64,000 nucleotides of DNA from the human T2T-CHM13v2.0 reference genome, Homo sapiens, in the NCBI RefSeq assembly GCF_009914755.1, contig NC_060927.1; one strand, given 5' to 3'. This document shows, one piece after another, positions 1-15,700 of this stretch. A program made the position numbers and the translations under genes. Within the stretch, counting starts at the first letter, position 1. Each line of letters opens with the position of its first letter. The notes under the pieces were generated by a model. It worked only from the letters and a program-made list of their open reading frames with translations. It was not told where the DNA came from and made no database searches.

Positions 1-935
1 CTACAATGGGACAAAGTATTTTCTGAAGCATTCACTGAAGCATATATGCTACACTAAGTTGAGAATGCTCAATAAACCAGTTACAAATGGAATGCTCATC
101 ATAAAGACCAAAAAAATGAAAGAACTTTAGATTTTAAAATATAAATAAATAGCATTCACTGAGAGGCTTTCATTGAGAATTTTTTGTATCTCCAAGACAT
201 CAAAGAAGAGTATATGTTCCCAAAAGGTCATAGAACAAGTATATTTCATACCAGCTCACATTAAAGGTTTTTTCCTTTGTGTTCTAAACTAGACATAAAT
301 ATCCTCTTTTGTAAGGCCTGAATGGATGGCTATGATTTCCCTCAGACAGGGGAAGAAGAAAAGGAGATAAATCAATGTGGTCAGTTAACTCACAGCAAAT
401 TCTCCAATTAGCCTGTGTTTAAAAGTAGGGTGAGTAGGGGAGGTAGACAATCTCGCATTTCTTAAAATTTTAGTGCTTAGAAACTTAGAGGTCATTTTCC
501 ATAAATGCCAGCATTTTGCTGATATGGAAAACTTAGTCCCAAAGAGAACAACTCACCCAGAGTAACTCAGCCAGTGGGAACCCCTACAAAGTGTCACACC
601 TGGGTCAGGCCATGCTTCCCTCTGTCTAAATCTTCACCACCTGCAAGATACACCTGAACATCATAGGCCTGAAAGGATACCTGCCCTGATGCTTTCTGCT
701 TTGGTGGCCATCAATGGGAGGTAGAGAGCCTTTTGGGTGGGGCCAATAAAAGAAATCTACCTGGCAACGCTGCTTCCAGAATTAGTTCTATTATAATTTA
801 TAAAACTTAAATGAATGAAATATATTTTCTCCCTTAAGGCCTATCTTCTTTTTTTTTTTTTTTAACTCTTCCTCTCAATTTGTCTTTGAAATTTTTCCCT
901 GGTCCTCTCTAATAATTTAATGATAATATTTTTAA

Positions 936-1341
<406 letters not shown>

Positions 1342-1684
1342 TAAAGTTATGGCTGGAAAAGCTAGGCTTTGATTCAGTAAAGAAATGCTACTCTAACATA
1401 AAATCTAGTGATGCCCCACAAACCTAAAGCAGGCAGGCTGCCAAAGTCTAATAAACTGGCTGAAATCAATTGGAACCCTAATTCACTTTTGCATAATTTC
1501 ATTCTCCTTGCATATTTTCCAGTCAGGATCTGGAATTCTTCTCTTTTCTTCCAGTGCAGATGGAACTCCAGTGAGGGAGAGCTTTTCACTCTTCATTTTT
1601 GAATATAATCACATTTGTCCTGAAAGCTTGTGTGTCAGTCCTAGATATTGGTCTCTCCATGGTCAGGAGAAACCTGTGACCATT

Positions 1685-1709
1685 CACACACACACACACA
1701 CACACACAC
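1685..1709. repeat. (CA)n microsatellite
   Basis: Direct reading. Confidence 0.95.
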
Positions 1710-1944
1710 CACTACCTCTCTCCCCTAAAGGGAAATGCAGCATTTTGCCAGTGCAACACTAACTACAAAGTTTACAGTCCAAAAAGAAATCTTATCTTCT
1801 CTTCAATGCCATCTTGCCAGCCTTTCATTCTCATACCCCCGGCCTGAAGAACACTTCCATCTATCATACACCTATCTTGATGTTTGACTACACAGAGACC
1901 TCACACCTTGCTGCTATAAGGGAACTTTACAATCTGGCAAAATC

Positions 1945-2065
1945 CTCACCTGAAAGACAGGGAAACTGAGGGCCCCAGAAGTGACATGAGGCTACACAAG
2001 TTAGTTGTTAAACTTGGATTAGAACTAGTCTTCAGGATCCCGTTTCAGCCTACTTTCCATTACAA
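1945..2065 (-). mobile_element. MIR
   Basis: ACAGGGAAACTGAGGGCCCCAGAAGTGACATG...GGATTAGAACTAG. Confidence 0.6.
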
Positions 2066-4029
2066 ACTAGCAGTCAAGTTTCTACCCTCACATCACCAAC
2101 TAGGTCTGTGGCCAGGAAGGGGAGGCTGGATAAAAAGTAATCCTTTAATTAATTAACTAAGTCAATTAGTTTTATTAAAATGTAGTTCTGAGGCAAAGTA
2201 AAAGTATTAACATATATATAAGGCAACTTCTTGAAAAGGCATACTGCATAAATATTTAATAAGAGAATTACCCTTAATTTTATCCCTAGATAGTAAAAGA
2301 TACTCCTAATTCAGTCCAAAATGTTTCTAGTTTAGATTTGTAATGGTTATTCCGAAATATTCATTTAACAACATGATGGCAACAAAAACAAATTTTCCCA
2401 TAAGAAGTTGAGATGATAACCTAATAACTTACAGGAAAGCAATTAATACTTTTTCCAATAGTACAATTATAACTAGCAGTATGTGAAGACAAACATTAAG
2501 TCACTTAGTAAGGAGCTCAAATGTTTGGAAAGGCTTATGTGCATAAGAAATTGCATGTGCATATTAATTGCAAATACACTCATTATTGGTTAAGAATCAA
2601 GACTGCATCCCAGGTCAGAAAAAAAAATACTGCAATTCACTGAAAGCAGGAGAAACAGCTGAAGGTATAGGCAATTTTCAAATCAGGATAAATCATGAAG
2701 GTATAAGCCATTAAGACAGGGTTCATACCGCACCAAACATTCTTTGCTCAAGATTTTTTTCTATTGCAAACATATCAGAAGAATAAAAGTCAAGTAGGGG
2801 AAGATCCCAGAGATTAGCTTCTCTGATAGGTGCAAATTCCTTTGGGTTTTTCCTAAAAATCCAGGCAAAAGACAGACAAGAGGGAAATACAAAAATTCAT
2901 CATTCCTAACAAGGTTTCTCTCATCGCTGGACATAGTAGTCAATTCAACCAGTTCATTTCCGTTAAGCACTATTTCCCAACCTTTCCAGATATTTCATTC
3001 CTGCCTCTGAAATGTGAAGATGAAATAGTAGGTAGATAAAAGGCCGGACATAAGCAGACTCTTAACAGTAGGTTTAACAGTCTCTTTCTCTTTGGGTTCT
3101 GGGATTGTGGGTAATATTCTAAATTGTTTCCAATGAGAATATACCACCTCTATAATCAGAAAATGAGGCTATGAATATGGTTTATGAACTGTGAAACTAC
3201 ACAAATGTTACATTTTTATTTTTGCTGCTATTGACCATTTTAGAGTTCTCATTTTAACATAGCTCTTTTATCCTGGCAACACTGCTGAAGTTTGTCTGTA
3301 GAAAGAGACCCTGGCTGGCATAATTTATACATCCAAGTCTGCTTATTCCAAAAGTCTATTATTCTGCACGGGAAATGGTTCTTTTCCATTTATGGAAGAA
3401 GTTTTGTTTCTTTTTGTTTTGGTTGATTTTGTTATGTAAGGAGAGTTATCAACAAAAACAAGGAGAAGCCAAAGTGAATAAGCAAAAGTGTGGTCAGTAA
3501 ATGTTCAAGAAGCCCAAGAGAAATCTGACATTTCCTACTCAACATGTCCTGTCCCTTTCTTTTCTCAGAAATGTTCTGAAATCCTCTACAAAGACATTAC
3601 CACTAGAGCTCCCTTGGTTTAAAATATCCCAAGACTTCTCACAATTCTTCCTTAAGTCAAGTAAGTTCCTATGTTAACAGATTCATTTTCAGCAGAGGTA
3701 GAAGAAGAGCAAAAGGCATCTTTCTTTCCTGAATTACAATATATCCTGAGGCAAGGAAATCCAAAATGATATTTTACACTATCAGAAATATATAAAGCTA
3801 TTGCTGTATTATAAATGAATAGAATCATTGTTCTAATCGGAGTTGATTCTTTTAATCTTGGGAGGATTTAATATCTCTAAATCCTTTCGAAAGAGTAATT
3901 CTTGAATGTAAGAAGTAACCAATTCATATTTTAAGTGTTATACTGCCCCCTTGTGTATCTTGTGTTTAGTGAAAAGGGAGCTCAGACAATACAGTAATTG
4001 TAATTCTCAGAAATACTTCAGTGGAATCT

Positions 4030-4160
4030 GAGTTTAGAACTAGAAACAGCCTCAAAAATCATTGAGACCAGCATGCTCATTTCACAGAAAAGAGAACTGA
4101 GTTCCTGAAAGATTACGTAACTTGTCCAAGACCGTACACTGCTAGTCAACAACAGAGCAA
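4030..4160 (-). mobile_element. MIR
   Basis: CTCATTTCACAGAAAAGAGAACTGAG...TAACTTGTCCAAGACCGTACACTGCTAGT. Confidence 0.6.
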
Positions 4161-6005
4161 ATACTGTTATATAGAACTTAAGCCTCAGAATGTTAATTTT
4201 TTTTTTAATTAAAACGGAGATGGCAGCCTGAAAGAAGAAAAAACAGTGAGGTGTTGGAATTAGGCAGATCAGGATTTGAATTTTAGGTCACCATTTTACA
4301 ATCTCCACAAGCTTTAGTTACCCCATTCATAAAATGGGTTGAATAATAGCTATAGCAAAGTCCTTGAAAGGATTCCGTATGACAATGTTAATGGTCATCA
4401 AGCCCTTAGCATAAGTATCTGCAATATAGTAATAAACTAATTGGTAATACGACTATAAAAATACATAGAAAAAATTTTAAATGATTATAGCCTTTGAGAT
4501 CTCTGAATAAAGGCATTCTAAAATAATGAAAATAATAATGAGTTTAAGGCACTTAAATCTAAATTCTTTAAAAACTGGCACAAAATAAAGCTTGAAAAAA
4601 TAAACCTAGTTCTTCTAACTCCCGTGATTTTTCTATTATCATATTTACTATTTTTTAATACGAATAAATTTGCAACAGAACAATACATAAATCAAACACT
4701 GCATGAGAGATAAAGCAATGAACAGGACCCTTGGCTGAGGCTAGAGAAAAGCAACGCAGAACCTCAGTGCCACAGGGTCAAGTCGCCATTCCCACGCCTC
4801 CTCTGCTAAGGGCACTTCACCACTGGAATGTCAAGAGAACCAACCTGGAAAGGTGGAGGCAGAAATTTTCATGCTGACATTGCTAATACCTAATTAGTTA
4901 CATCAACTTGGGCAGTTATTTCATCTCTGTTTCTCTTTCTTCATCTGTAAAATGAAATCACTCTCTACTTTACAAGGGCTTTTAGTGAGGTTGTATAATG
5001 AACGTTGAAAAAACACTATAAACACCAAAGTGCTTAATAAAGTAAGGTTAAATTTGTTATCTTAAACTTAGTTTAAAGCAATAATAAACATTAAGTCTGT
5101 CATCAAATTGGGGAAGACTTCAGAACAATCTTAGAAAGGTGAAAGCAGCTTAGATTATAGGATTCTGTTAAAGAGCACTCCACTCCCCCTGAAATCTCTC
5201 TGTTCCCTCTACAATTCCACAGGCCTCTGATAGAGATTACTCCAAAAATTCTGGCACCACATAAGTCTTTGGCTTTTAAATCAGTTTCACCCTGGGGTAT
5301 CTTGACAGCAGGATTGACAGAGCTTATCCCTGACTGTATACCACAAAACAAACAGATACCAGCAGGGTAAAGGCAATTTGTCTTAGTTTGCCATGAAAAT
5401 GACTAATATTGATTACTCTCTGATTCACAGCTGCAGTCCTCCACCCTGATAGTAACGGTTTAGTGCTGCAAACTCTTCTGTTCTGTTGTTATATGGGACA
5501 TAATATATAGATAAGTCTGAAAGCCCTAAAGGACAGCAATAAAAGTGGGTGGACTTCTCTTCAATAAGTGTCTAAAGCAGGTGGCCACAAGCACCCTCTA
5601 ACATCTCAATTTGGAAGGCCATGCTATGCTGGTAATAAGCATTGACTGGTGATCCACAAATATTAACTGAACAATTATATGGCCCTCACCCAAAATAATT
5701 ACAAACATCAGAAAGGGATATTACTGGAGTTGACAGTGTGGTAGAAGAGGAAAGGCACTGGTACCAACTACCCTACGAAATAGAAAGAGATAACACTATT
5801 ATAGTCGTTGAGGTGGGGCCCATTCCTTACAAGTGGAGATAGTAAGTGCAATGGGACTTCTTGGGTAATTATTCATAAACAAGTTAACTCAAGCTCTTGG
5901 TTCCATCCAACAATTATACCATATTTGCATCTAGAGTGCTAGAATAAAAGTCCTGTCAGAAACAAAATAAAAGATCCAACTACATAAATACAAGAGACAG
6001 CTTAC

Positions 6006-6084
6006 CATGAAACACACTGTTGTCCACCAGAAAATGCCTGCGGTACTGCACACAGTTCCTTTTTTCCAAGTTCCAGTAACTCAT
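6006..6084 (-). CDS. PLCH1: PLCH1 first coding exon, CDS part (79 nt, phase-1 end): MSYWNLEKRNCVQYRRHFLVDNSVFH-G; CDS continues to the left outside the window
   Basis: Minus-strand ATG at 6084-6082 with A at -3; open frame up to a canonical donor CATG|GTAAGC at 6006/6005. The peptide and the 40 UTR + 79 coding nt layout match my recollection of a PLCH1 isoform N-terminus, where the trailing G joins the VERCMS... exon. Identity is from memory, not from a search. Confidence 0.82.
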
Positions 6085-6124
6085 TGTCAGAAGATTTCTG
6101 GCACAGCATCAAAACCAAATTGCC
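6006..6124 (-). other. PLCH1: PLCH1 exon 2 (119 nt: 40 nt 5'UTR + 79 nt CDS)
   Basis: Acceptor TTCATTTTTGTCTCATTCTGTTTCCCTTGACAG|GGC at 6125/6124 with a good pyrimidine tract; donor ATG|GTAAG. Confidence 0.85.
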
Positions 6125-7753
6125 CTGTCAAGGGAAACAGAATGAGACAAAAATGAAGAAAACGGCAGCCACACGCTCACACTGGTAGCATAATGCCATC
6201 GGTTGCCCAGCATTACGGGGCAACATATACGGCATACAACTTCTCCACACATGGAGCTGGAATCCCCCAGGCCCTAAGAAATTTCTCACAAGTCTTCCCA
6301 GGGTCTAGAATGACATTTAGCATATCAAAACAGTAACTTTTTCAAACCACCTTTCAGGGCTCAATGTTACCCATCTCCAGGGGAAATAAACCTACCATCA
6401 GAGAGCAGGTTTCAGGACCAGTATATGTGCTCCCAGCCTCACTCCTAGTAGTCCAAGATCCAAACTAGTCAACACTGGTAACATTTCAGGAAATTTCAGT
6501 TGCAGGTGGGGAGGCAACTAACAGGAACGAAGCTATCATTCCCAATTCCTGAATTTTGTGTCAGTACAGCATCCATGTGGCCATGAATGAGCCAAGCACA
6601 TTAATAAAATGTGCCTCCCTCTTTTTGGTTCATTGCTGGTGTCCATTTAGGACTGCTAGGGCCTGGATCTGCCCAGGCTGAACTCATTGATGTAACTAGA
6701 GCTGGGCACAGGCCTCAGCAAGGTAAACTAGCAGTGCCTGCTCCTACATAAGACTTGCTCCATCACAGACACAGAGAAACACAATGCTAGCTAGAGCAAC
6801 AACTTGAAAAGCAGAGATCTGAGTCGATGAATTAAATTCCTCCAAAAGCTGACGTGCATAACCCTGAACAAGGCCTCCTTTGTTCACAGGATTTGGCTAA
6901 AGCAACTTTTCAGAATTCCAACCTCCTTTCTGTTCACAGAATAAAGCCAGGCAAAACCAAGCAAGGCTGGCATGAAGCAAAACCCACAGGTGGAAAACAA
7001 TTTGTCATCTCTCCTACTAAAACCACCTAGAATTTTGTAAACGTATCCCAGGATAAAATCAGTCACTTAGTGAAAAAAATATATATTATCAGAGTGTTGT
7101 CTATTCATTAATGGAACAATTGGTGAAGGCTCCTGAAGCTTTTGTCAGAGCTTCTCCTTGGCTCCCTATGGCCCAACCTTAACCCACAACACCAGGGATT
7201 TTACCTAATTCCTGCCTATCCTGCCTTTTCTCTGGCTCCGTGCTGGACTGGCCACTTCCTCTTGCCTCATACCCACCTGGCTAATCTGACTGCTTATCCT
7301 ACTCCCTAAGGCTGAGGGAGTCTTACTACTGTATGGAACTGACTACAAAATACAATAGAATATAGCTAATTATGAAAACAACCCAACCTCTGCCCTCTCC
7401 CCAGCCAATACTATATACTACAAAGTTCTCTTCTTTAGAAAGTATTTTTAGTTATACAAATAATGCAGTTATATATGTTCATTATTTTTAATAATGTGCA
7501 TTTGTTTATAGTTAGCAAAATATATTCACATACATGATGCTCATTTGTCCCTTATTAATCTTCTGAGGTGAGTACTCTTCTCTCCTTCTACAACATTAAA
7601 GAAGATGACAAGGTGTTAGAGATTAACTGATTCACCCAATGCTGCTAGGAAAAAATAGTAATGAGACTTGAAGTCATATCTTCATATTCCAAAGTCAAGC
7701 CATAATAGCAACTAGGACTTTATGAAGTGAGGTCGTTTAAAAAATACAATCTG

Positions 7754-8499
<746 letters not shown>

Positions 8500-8785
8500 T
8501 TATTATACATTCCTCCCCTCAAAAGGTAGAATCTAAATTCACCTTCCCTTGAGTATGGGCTGGACTCAGTGACTCGTTTCTAACAATAAAATCAGCTGGA
8601 AATGATGCTATGAGTCTTCCAAGATGAGGTCACAAGAAGGATACCACTTCTGCCTGGTTCCCTATCTCTCAAGATGCTTGCATTGGAACCCAGCTACCAC
8701 ACTGTAAGGAAGCCCAGATTTAAGTGTTCTAGCTCACAGGCCCAGCTAGCCCCTCACCCAACAGCCAGCATCAGCCACAGACATG

Positions 8786-9130
8786 TGCTATATTGAATGT
8801 TTGTGTCTGCCCCAAATTCCTATGGTGAAATCTAATGCCCCCCAATGTGATAGTATTAGGAGGTGGGACCTTTAGTCTCCACCCTTATGATTAGGATTAG
8901 GTCCCTTATAGAAGAGACCCTAGAGAGCTAGCCCTACCCTTCCACCATATGAGAACACAGCAAGAAGTCAGCAGTCTGCAATCCAGGAAAGGGCCCTCAC
9001 AAGACATCAAATCTGCCAATGCCTTGATCTTAGACTTCCCAGCCTCCAGAATTGTGAGAAATAAATTTCTGTTATTTATAAGCTACCCAGTTTATGGCAT
9101 TGTTATAGCAGCCCAAAATGAACTAAGACA
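8786..9130 (+). mobile_element. MLT1A/MSTD-like solo LTR
   Basis: TGCTATATTGAATGTTTGTGTC...GCAGCCCAAAATGAACTAAGACA with an exact 5-bp TSD ACATG. Confidence 0.88.
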
Positions 9131-9247
9131 ACATGAGAATAAATGAATCTACAGATGATTCTAACCCCAAGTATTTCAGATGAGGCCACAGATACTGATG
9201 AGAAGAAATAAGCCATCCCTCTGTGCCTCACATGTATTTTTGACCTA

Positions 9248-9562
<315 letters not shown>

Positions 9563-9944
9563 TTAAGACAAAAGATGTGGGGTAATTTGTTACATAGCAA
9601 TAGATAATGTAACATATAATACATGTAACATCCTCTCAGAGGATGATCATCCAATCAGAGTTGAGACCTTCAACACTTTCGGGACAGAAGCACAAACCTA
9701 CAGACATATATGTAATATTCACATACTTGGACATTAGCTCACATCAATGGCCCAGGCTTTCCAGCTTCCAGATCTTTTTGCTTTTCTTTAAGGGCTGGGT
9801 AACATGCCACTGCCTTCATGAAATGCCCCCAGGAATCTCTCCCTCCAGTTTACCTAAAATTCTTTCATGCACTGAACTCCCATAATCCTGTTTCCCAGTT
9901 ATTGAGAACCTACTATGCATTAGGAACATTGATAAGACTTTACA

Positions 9945-10066
9945 TCAGTGAGCCTCAACCTTGACTACACATTAGAATCATCTGGGAAGCTTAAGACTCC
10001 TGACTCCCAAGTTACACCCAGGCCAATTACATCAGAATCTCTAGGGGTGGGATTCAGGCATCAGCA
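9945..10066. mobile_element. MER5A-like hAT DNA transposon fragment
   Basis: CACATTAGAATCATCTGGGAAGCTT...CCAATTACATCAGAATCTCTAGGGGTGGGATTCAGGCATCAG. Confidence 0.75.
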
Positions 10067-11455
10067 GGAGACTAATGAAAAGATGCTCTCCCTTCGGCCT
10101 TCAGATTTAGAGATAATGGAGGTGGAGATAATAAATAGAGTTAGTAGGCCTGGGGCAAGGGAAGAGAGCTGTGCGATAAGCCTCATTTTAGCTTCCACCA
10201 GATTCAGAAGAGCCAGGCCCTAGGGCTCACTAAAGGGATTCAAGTGAAAGGGATGTTAGACTTCAACTAAGACAAACCTCTCATGGTGTAGCCAGAAGGA
10301 AACTGAGGCCCAGAAAGGATGTGTGGCTTGCAAGATAACACCTCTAGCTGGAAGATGATAAACTGATGGGAAACCCAGCCTCAGCAGTTCCAAAGCAGGT
10401 TGAGTCTTTCATGGCCCCGTTTGTGTGAACACAGTAGGTAAAAACAACTACTGAAGTATACTACATTCATTTATTTTTTAGACAATTTATATTACATTAG
10501 AGATGTATTTCCCCTGCATCTTGTATCCAGTTTGAAGTTGTTTGGTCAATATTCAGGCAAGGATGGTTTTAAATTGATCACCTTTTTTTTCTTTTCAACT
10601 TGCTTTTAAGACTTACAAAATATTCCACCTCCTAAGAGGTCTAGGTAATATAATATGTTACACATTCAGAACTCGATAAGCATTTACATCTTATAAATAG
10701 AACCTGCAGATTTACGCTCTTTATTAAACATACAGATTAATTATGGTACCATACAAAATAGTCTCATTGCCCTAAAGTCTGCTATGCTCTGCATTCTCCC
10801 TCCCTCCCCCTTAGCCCCTGACGAGCACTGATAATTTTTACTGTCTCTATAGTTTTGCCTTTTCCGGGATGTCTTATGGTTGGAATCACACAGTACATAG
10901 CCTTTTCCAATTGGCTTCTCTCACTTGGTGATATGCATTTAATGTTCTACGTCTTTTCATGGCTTGAGAGCTCATTTCATCCTAGCACTAAATAATATTC
11001 CATTGTCTGGATGTGCCACAGTTTATTTATCCACTGAGCTACTGATGAACATCTTAGTTGCTTCCAAATTTTGAAATTTATAAATACAGATCCTGCAAAC
11101 ATCCATGTGCAAGTTTTTGTGTGGATATAAGTTTTTAACTCATTTGGGTAATACCAAGGAGGGTGACTGCTGGACTGTGTGGTAAGAGTATGTTTAGTTT
11201 GTAAGAAACAGCCAAGCTATCTTCTAAAGTATAAGATATTTTGTATCATTTTGCATTGCTGCCAGCAATAAATGATAGTTCCTGTTGCTCTACATCTTTG
11301 CCAGCATTTGGTGTTACAAGTGTTCTGGATTTTGGCCTTTCTAATAGCTGTGTGGTGGTACTCATTGCTGTTTTAATTTCTACTTTGCTAATGATCTATA
11401 TGAAGCACCTTTTCATATGCTTGTTTGCCAGTAGTATATCTTCTTCAGTGAGGTG

Positions 11456-11781
<326 letters not shown>

Positions 11782-11829
11782 TAAAAATTTTAATCAGGTT
11801 GTTTACTTATTGTCAAGCTTTAAGAAGTG

Positions 11830-12156
<327 letters not shown>

Positions 12157-12410
12157 TAAGAGTTTTAAAAAAATGTATTTTGGACAAGAGTCCTTTATCA
12201 GATACATCTCTTGCAAATATCTTCTCCCAGACTGTGACTTGTCACTAACAGTGTCTTTTGTGGAGCAAAAATTTTTAATTTTAATAAAGTCCAGCTTATC
12301 AATGAAAAAAAATTAGATTCTGAATCCTTACAATGATTCAAAACATAATTGACAGTGAATAAGGAACACCATATAAGGAAATAACTGATTGTTATTAAAA
12401 CTAGTTCTAT

Positions 12411-12789
<379 letters not shown>

Positions 12790-13429
12790 TTACTTATCCC
12801 CTAAAGACAATGACCATGGGCACTGTGGTCTTTTTTTTTTTTTTTTTAACACAAATTAGATATTATAAGTCTACTTCTTTTGCTTAATAACTACTAATAT
12901 GTTGCAACCCTCTAGGTATATCAACAAATATACTTCTACAGAACATAAATGTGATTTGAAAAAGAAATTTTAATGGACTCTACTCAAAGACACCAAACAC
13001 AAAAAATCCTAATGCAAAAATAATAAATAAACAGAGCCATGTAAGTGTGTAGAGGACTCATGCAGCAAATGGACTAAAAGTATAGCTTAAAAGTTAAAAA
13101 TGCTCCTAAGCTCATTTTATAAGTGATAAGTAACTTTTGTAATCTTGTAAAATCATGTAAAAATCATGTAAAATTTCTTTATTCCTGACATTTTTAGTTG
13201 TAGTTAACACGACCAAAATTGTCAATACCAAACAAGTCATATGTGGCAGTAGGGACACCACCAATGAAGAATATTAGAAATTCAAGGATGGCACTTTTAA
13301 CTAAGAAAAGTGGGAAGTACTTTGAGTAATAATCATTTGTCAATACTTTTAAAACTCGACAATGAAAAAAAAAATCCTTCACACCCACACCCACTTACTA
13401 GAATTAAAGCTCCCTTTAAGAAAACTCCA

Positions 13430-13978
13430 CCACAGTGGACATCTGCTGATTTTTCGCTCCTCTAGAAATAGCACCCCAGTTTTCCTCTGGGAAAATCCTT
13501 CTCCCACTCTCTGTTCAAAAGATTCAGGTGCTGTCAGCTTCATCCTCTGATTCAGGTAGGCATGTGGCTTAGGTTGCAAATCAGAGTATTGCATCCACTA
13601 GGCCACAGTATAGGAGATCCACACGGCCTGTTTCAGATCACTCAGAGTAAGGCACAGATTTCTGTTTGAACTCTTGGGGGAAAAAAAACTTCCTTTTCAG
13701 TTTTACTTGAAGTTGCAAGGTCTAAGCTTCAAGACCTAAAGTTCCTGGCCACCATCCTGTCAATATAGTGGAAAAATTTGTGGAGATTGGATCCAACCCA
13801 GAGAAATGGAAACAAACCAAGTCGTGGTAATATCATTTGCCACACCTGAAGCTAGATCTGTCCTTGCACCTTTTAATTAAATAAGCCAGTACATTCTCTT
13901 TTTTGTTTTATTTAGTTTTGTGTAAGCCACATTGAGTTGGGTTTTCTGTCACTTGCACCTAGAGTCCCAACTGATGAA
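13430..13978 (+). mobile_element. MLT1J/K/L-like LTR
   Basis: 3' end TAAGCCACATTGAGTTGGGTTTTCTGTCACTTGCACCTAGAGTCCCAACTGAT; internal CACACCTGAAGCTAGATCT. Confidence 0.65.
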
Positions 13979-14436
13979 ATACGTCAGCATAGCAAAATGT
14001 AAAGAGGACCCATCTGGCCATCATGAGCTCTCTATTCTGGTTTCAGTTCTAACAACCAACTCACAGGGGACCTTGGGCAAGTTTTTAACAAGTCCTCTCT
14101 GAGTTCAAAAATATGACTCAATATTTTCTTTCTTGGGCTTTCCCTAGGGATGTGATGCATTCAAGCCCTTTGTCCTGGCTGAAAAGGATTCCCCCAGACT
14201 ATCTGAAGGTGTATTTAAGCAAAGCAAAACACAAAACCTTTTCTTCAGCTTTAGAATTCCTTTAGCTATTTTCAAATGTGACGCAAATCTATATTGCTGC
14301 TTTAACCTGAGTTTTATGAAACACTACAGATTTGTTCAAGCCACTTGAATGGCTTAAAAGACAAATTATCCCAGTTCATATATGGAAATCAGAATTATAA
14401 TACTGTGCTAAAAAGAAAAAAAAAGGTAAATCTTTA

Positions 14437-14625
<189 letters not shown>

Positions 14626-15499
14626 ACTTTATGGGAAGAAGGGGCCCTTTTTTTTTTCTAAGTAGAGGAATTTGTCTATTACACCCTGACTGCCGTCTCC
14701 ACCTCTTTCTCTCTACTTTATCACCACCAGAGCCCAATCTCCTTCAGTATCCTTTTCCATAAAAACCAATACTCCCTTTACATTCCTTATTAATAATATA
14801 TTATTTGTAAATCACTTCATGATTTACACAATTTTCCATTTATATCTTGTCTTTAAAAAAAAAAAAGCCCTTACAATAGCCCTGTGAGTTCCACATTATT
14901 AACAAATAAGACTAAATGGAAACAGCAGGTTGCAAACCCACATCTCCTGACTCCAAATCCACTGTCCCCAGTCCAGAGCAACACTCCACATCCAGCACCA
15001 GTTCCTCCCTGACATTCCGCTTCCCTATAAAAAGAACCTAGAGTTGAATTACTCAGGACAGACAAGACTCTAATTCTTCCCACATCCACCATTCACCCCA
15101 ACTCTACTATGAACCAAGGAGAAGAGACAGGAGGAGACAACTAAATGAAACATTACTTATTCAAAAAATGCATACCTTGTCCCTCCAGCAGGAGCCTCTG
15201 GAGTGTATAGATTAGAGATGATCAGAGCAAAGTGTCACTCCTTTGGGTATAAGATGGTGGATGGCTACTTTGAAATGAAATTTGAGTGAGCTACTTGGAC
15301 CAAGTTCAGAAACACCAAGACCAAGTTTACTTGCAAGATATCATGGTAAAAACTGTCTGAGAGGTGTGTGTGTTCTCCAAATTGCTAACAGCATTTGGAG
15401 AATGTTGGAATGGGAAGAAAATCTGGCCAGAAATTAAAATGTAATGCACACGCCTGCCTCCTTGGTGGAAAAGGAATTACTAGTTCATGGGACATAGTA

Positions 15500-15700
15500 A
15501 GGTATCAAGGGACAATGGACAAACACCTGACTGGAAGTCAAAAACCCAGAGCTGCAGCCCAATCCTGCCTCTTACTAACACTGTGTTTCAGGGTCAATCT
15601 CTTCACAACCCTGTGCTTCAGCTGCCTCATCTATGTCACAAAAAGGGATGGCAGTGAATGAGATGTTCTTCAAAGTATTTCCAATTTTAATACTCAATAT
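15500..15700 (+). mobile_element. MIR/MIR3
   Basis: CCTGCCTCTTACTAACACTGTGTTTCAGGGTCAATCTCTTCACAACCCTGTGCTTCAGCTGCCTCATCTATG. Confidence 0.6.
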
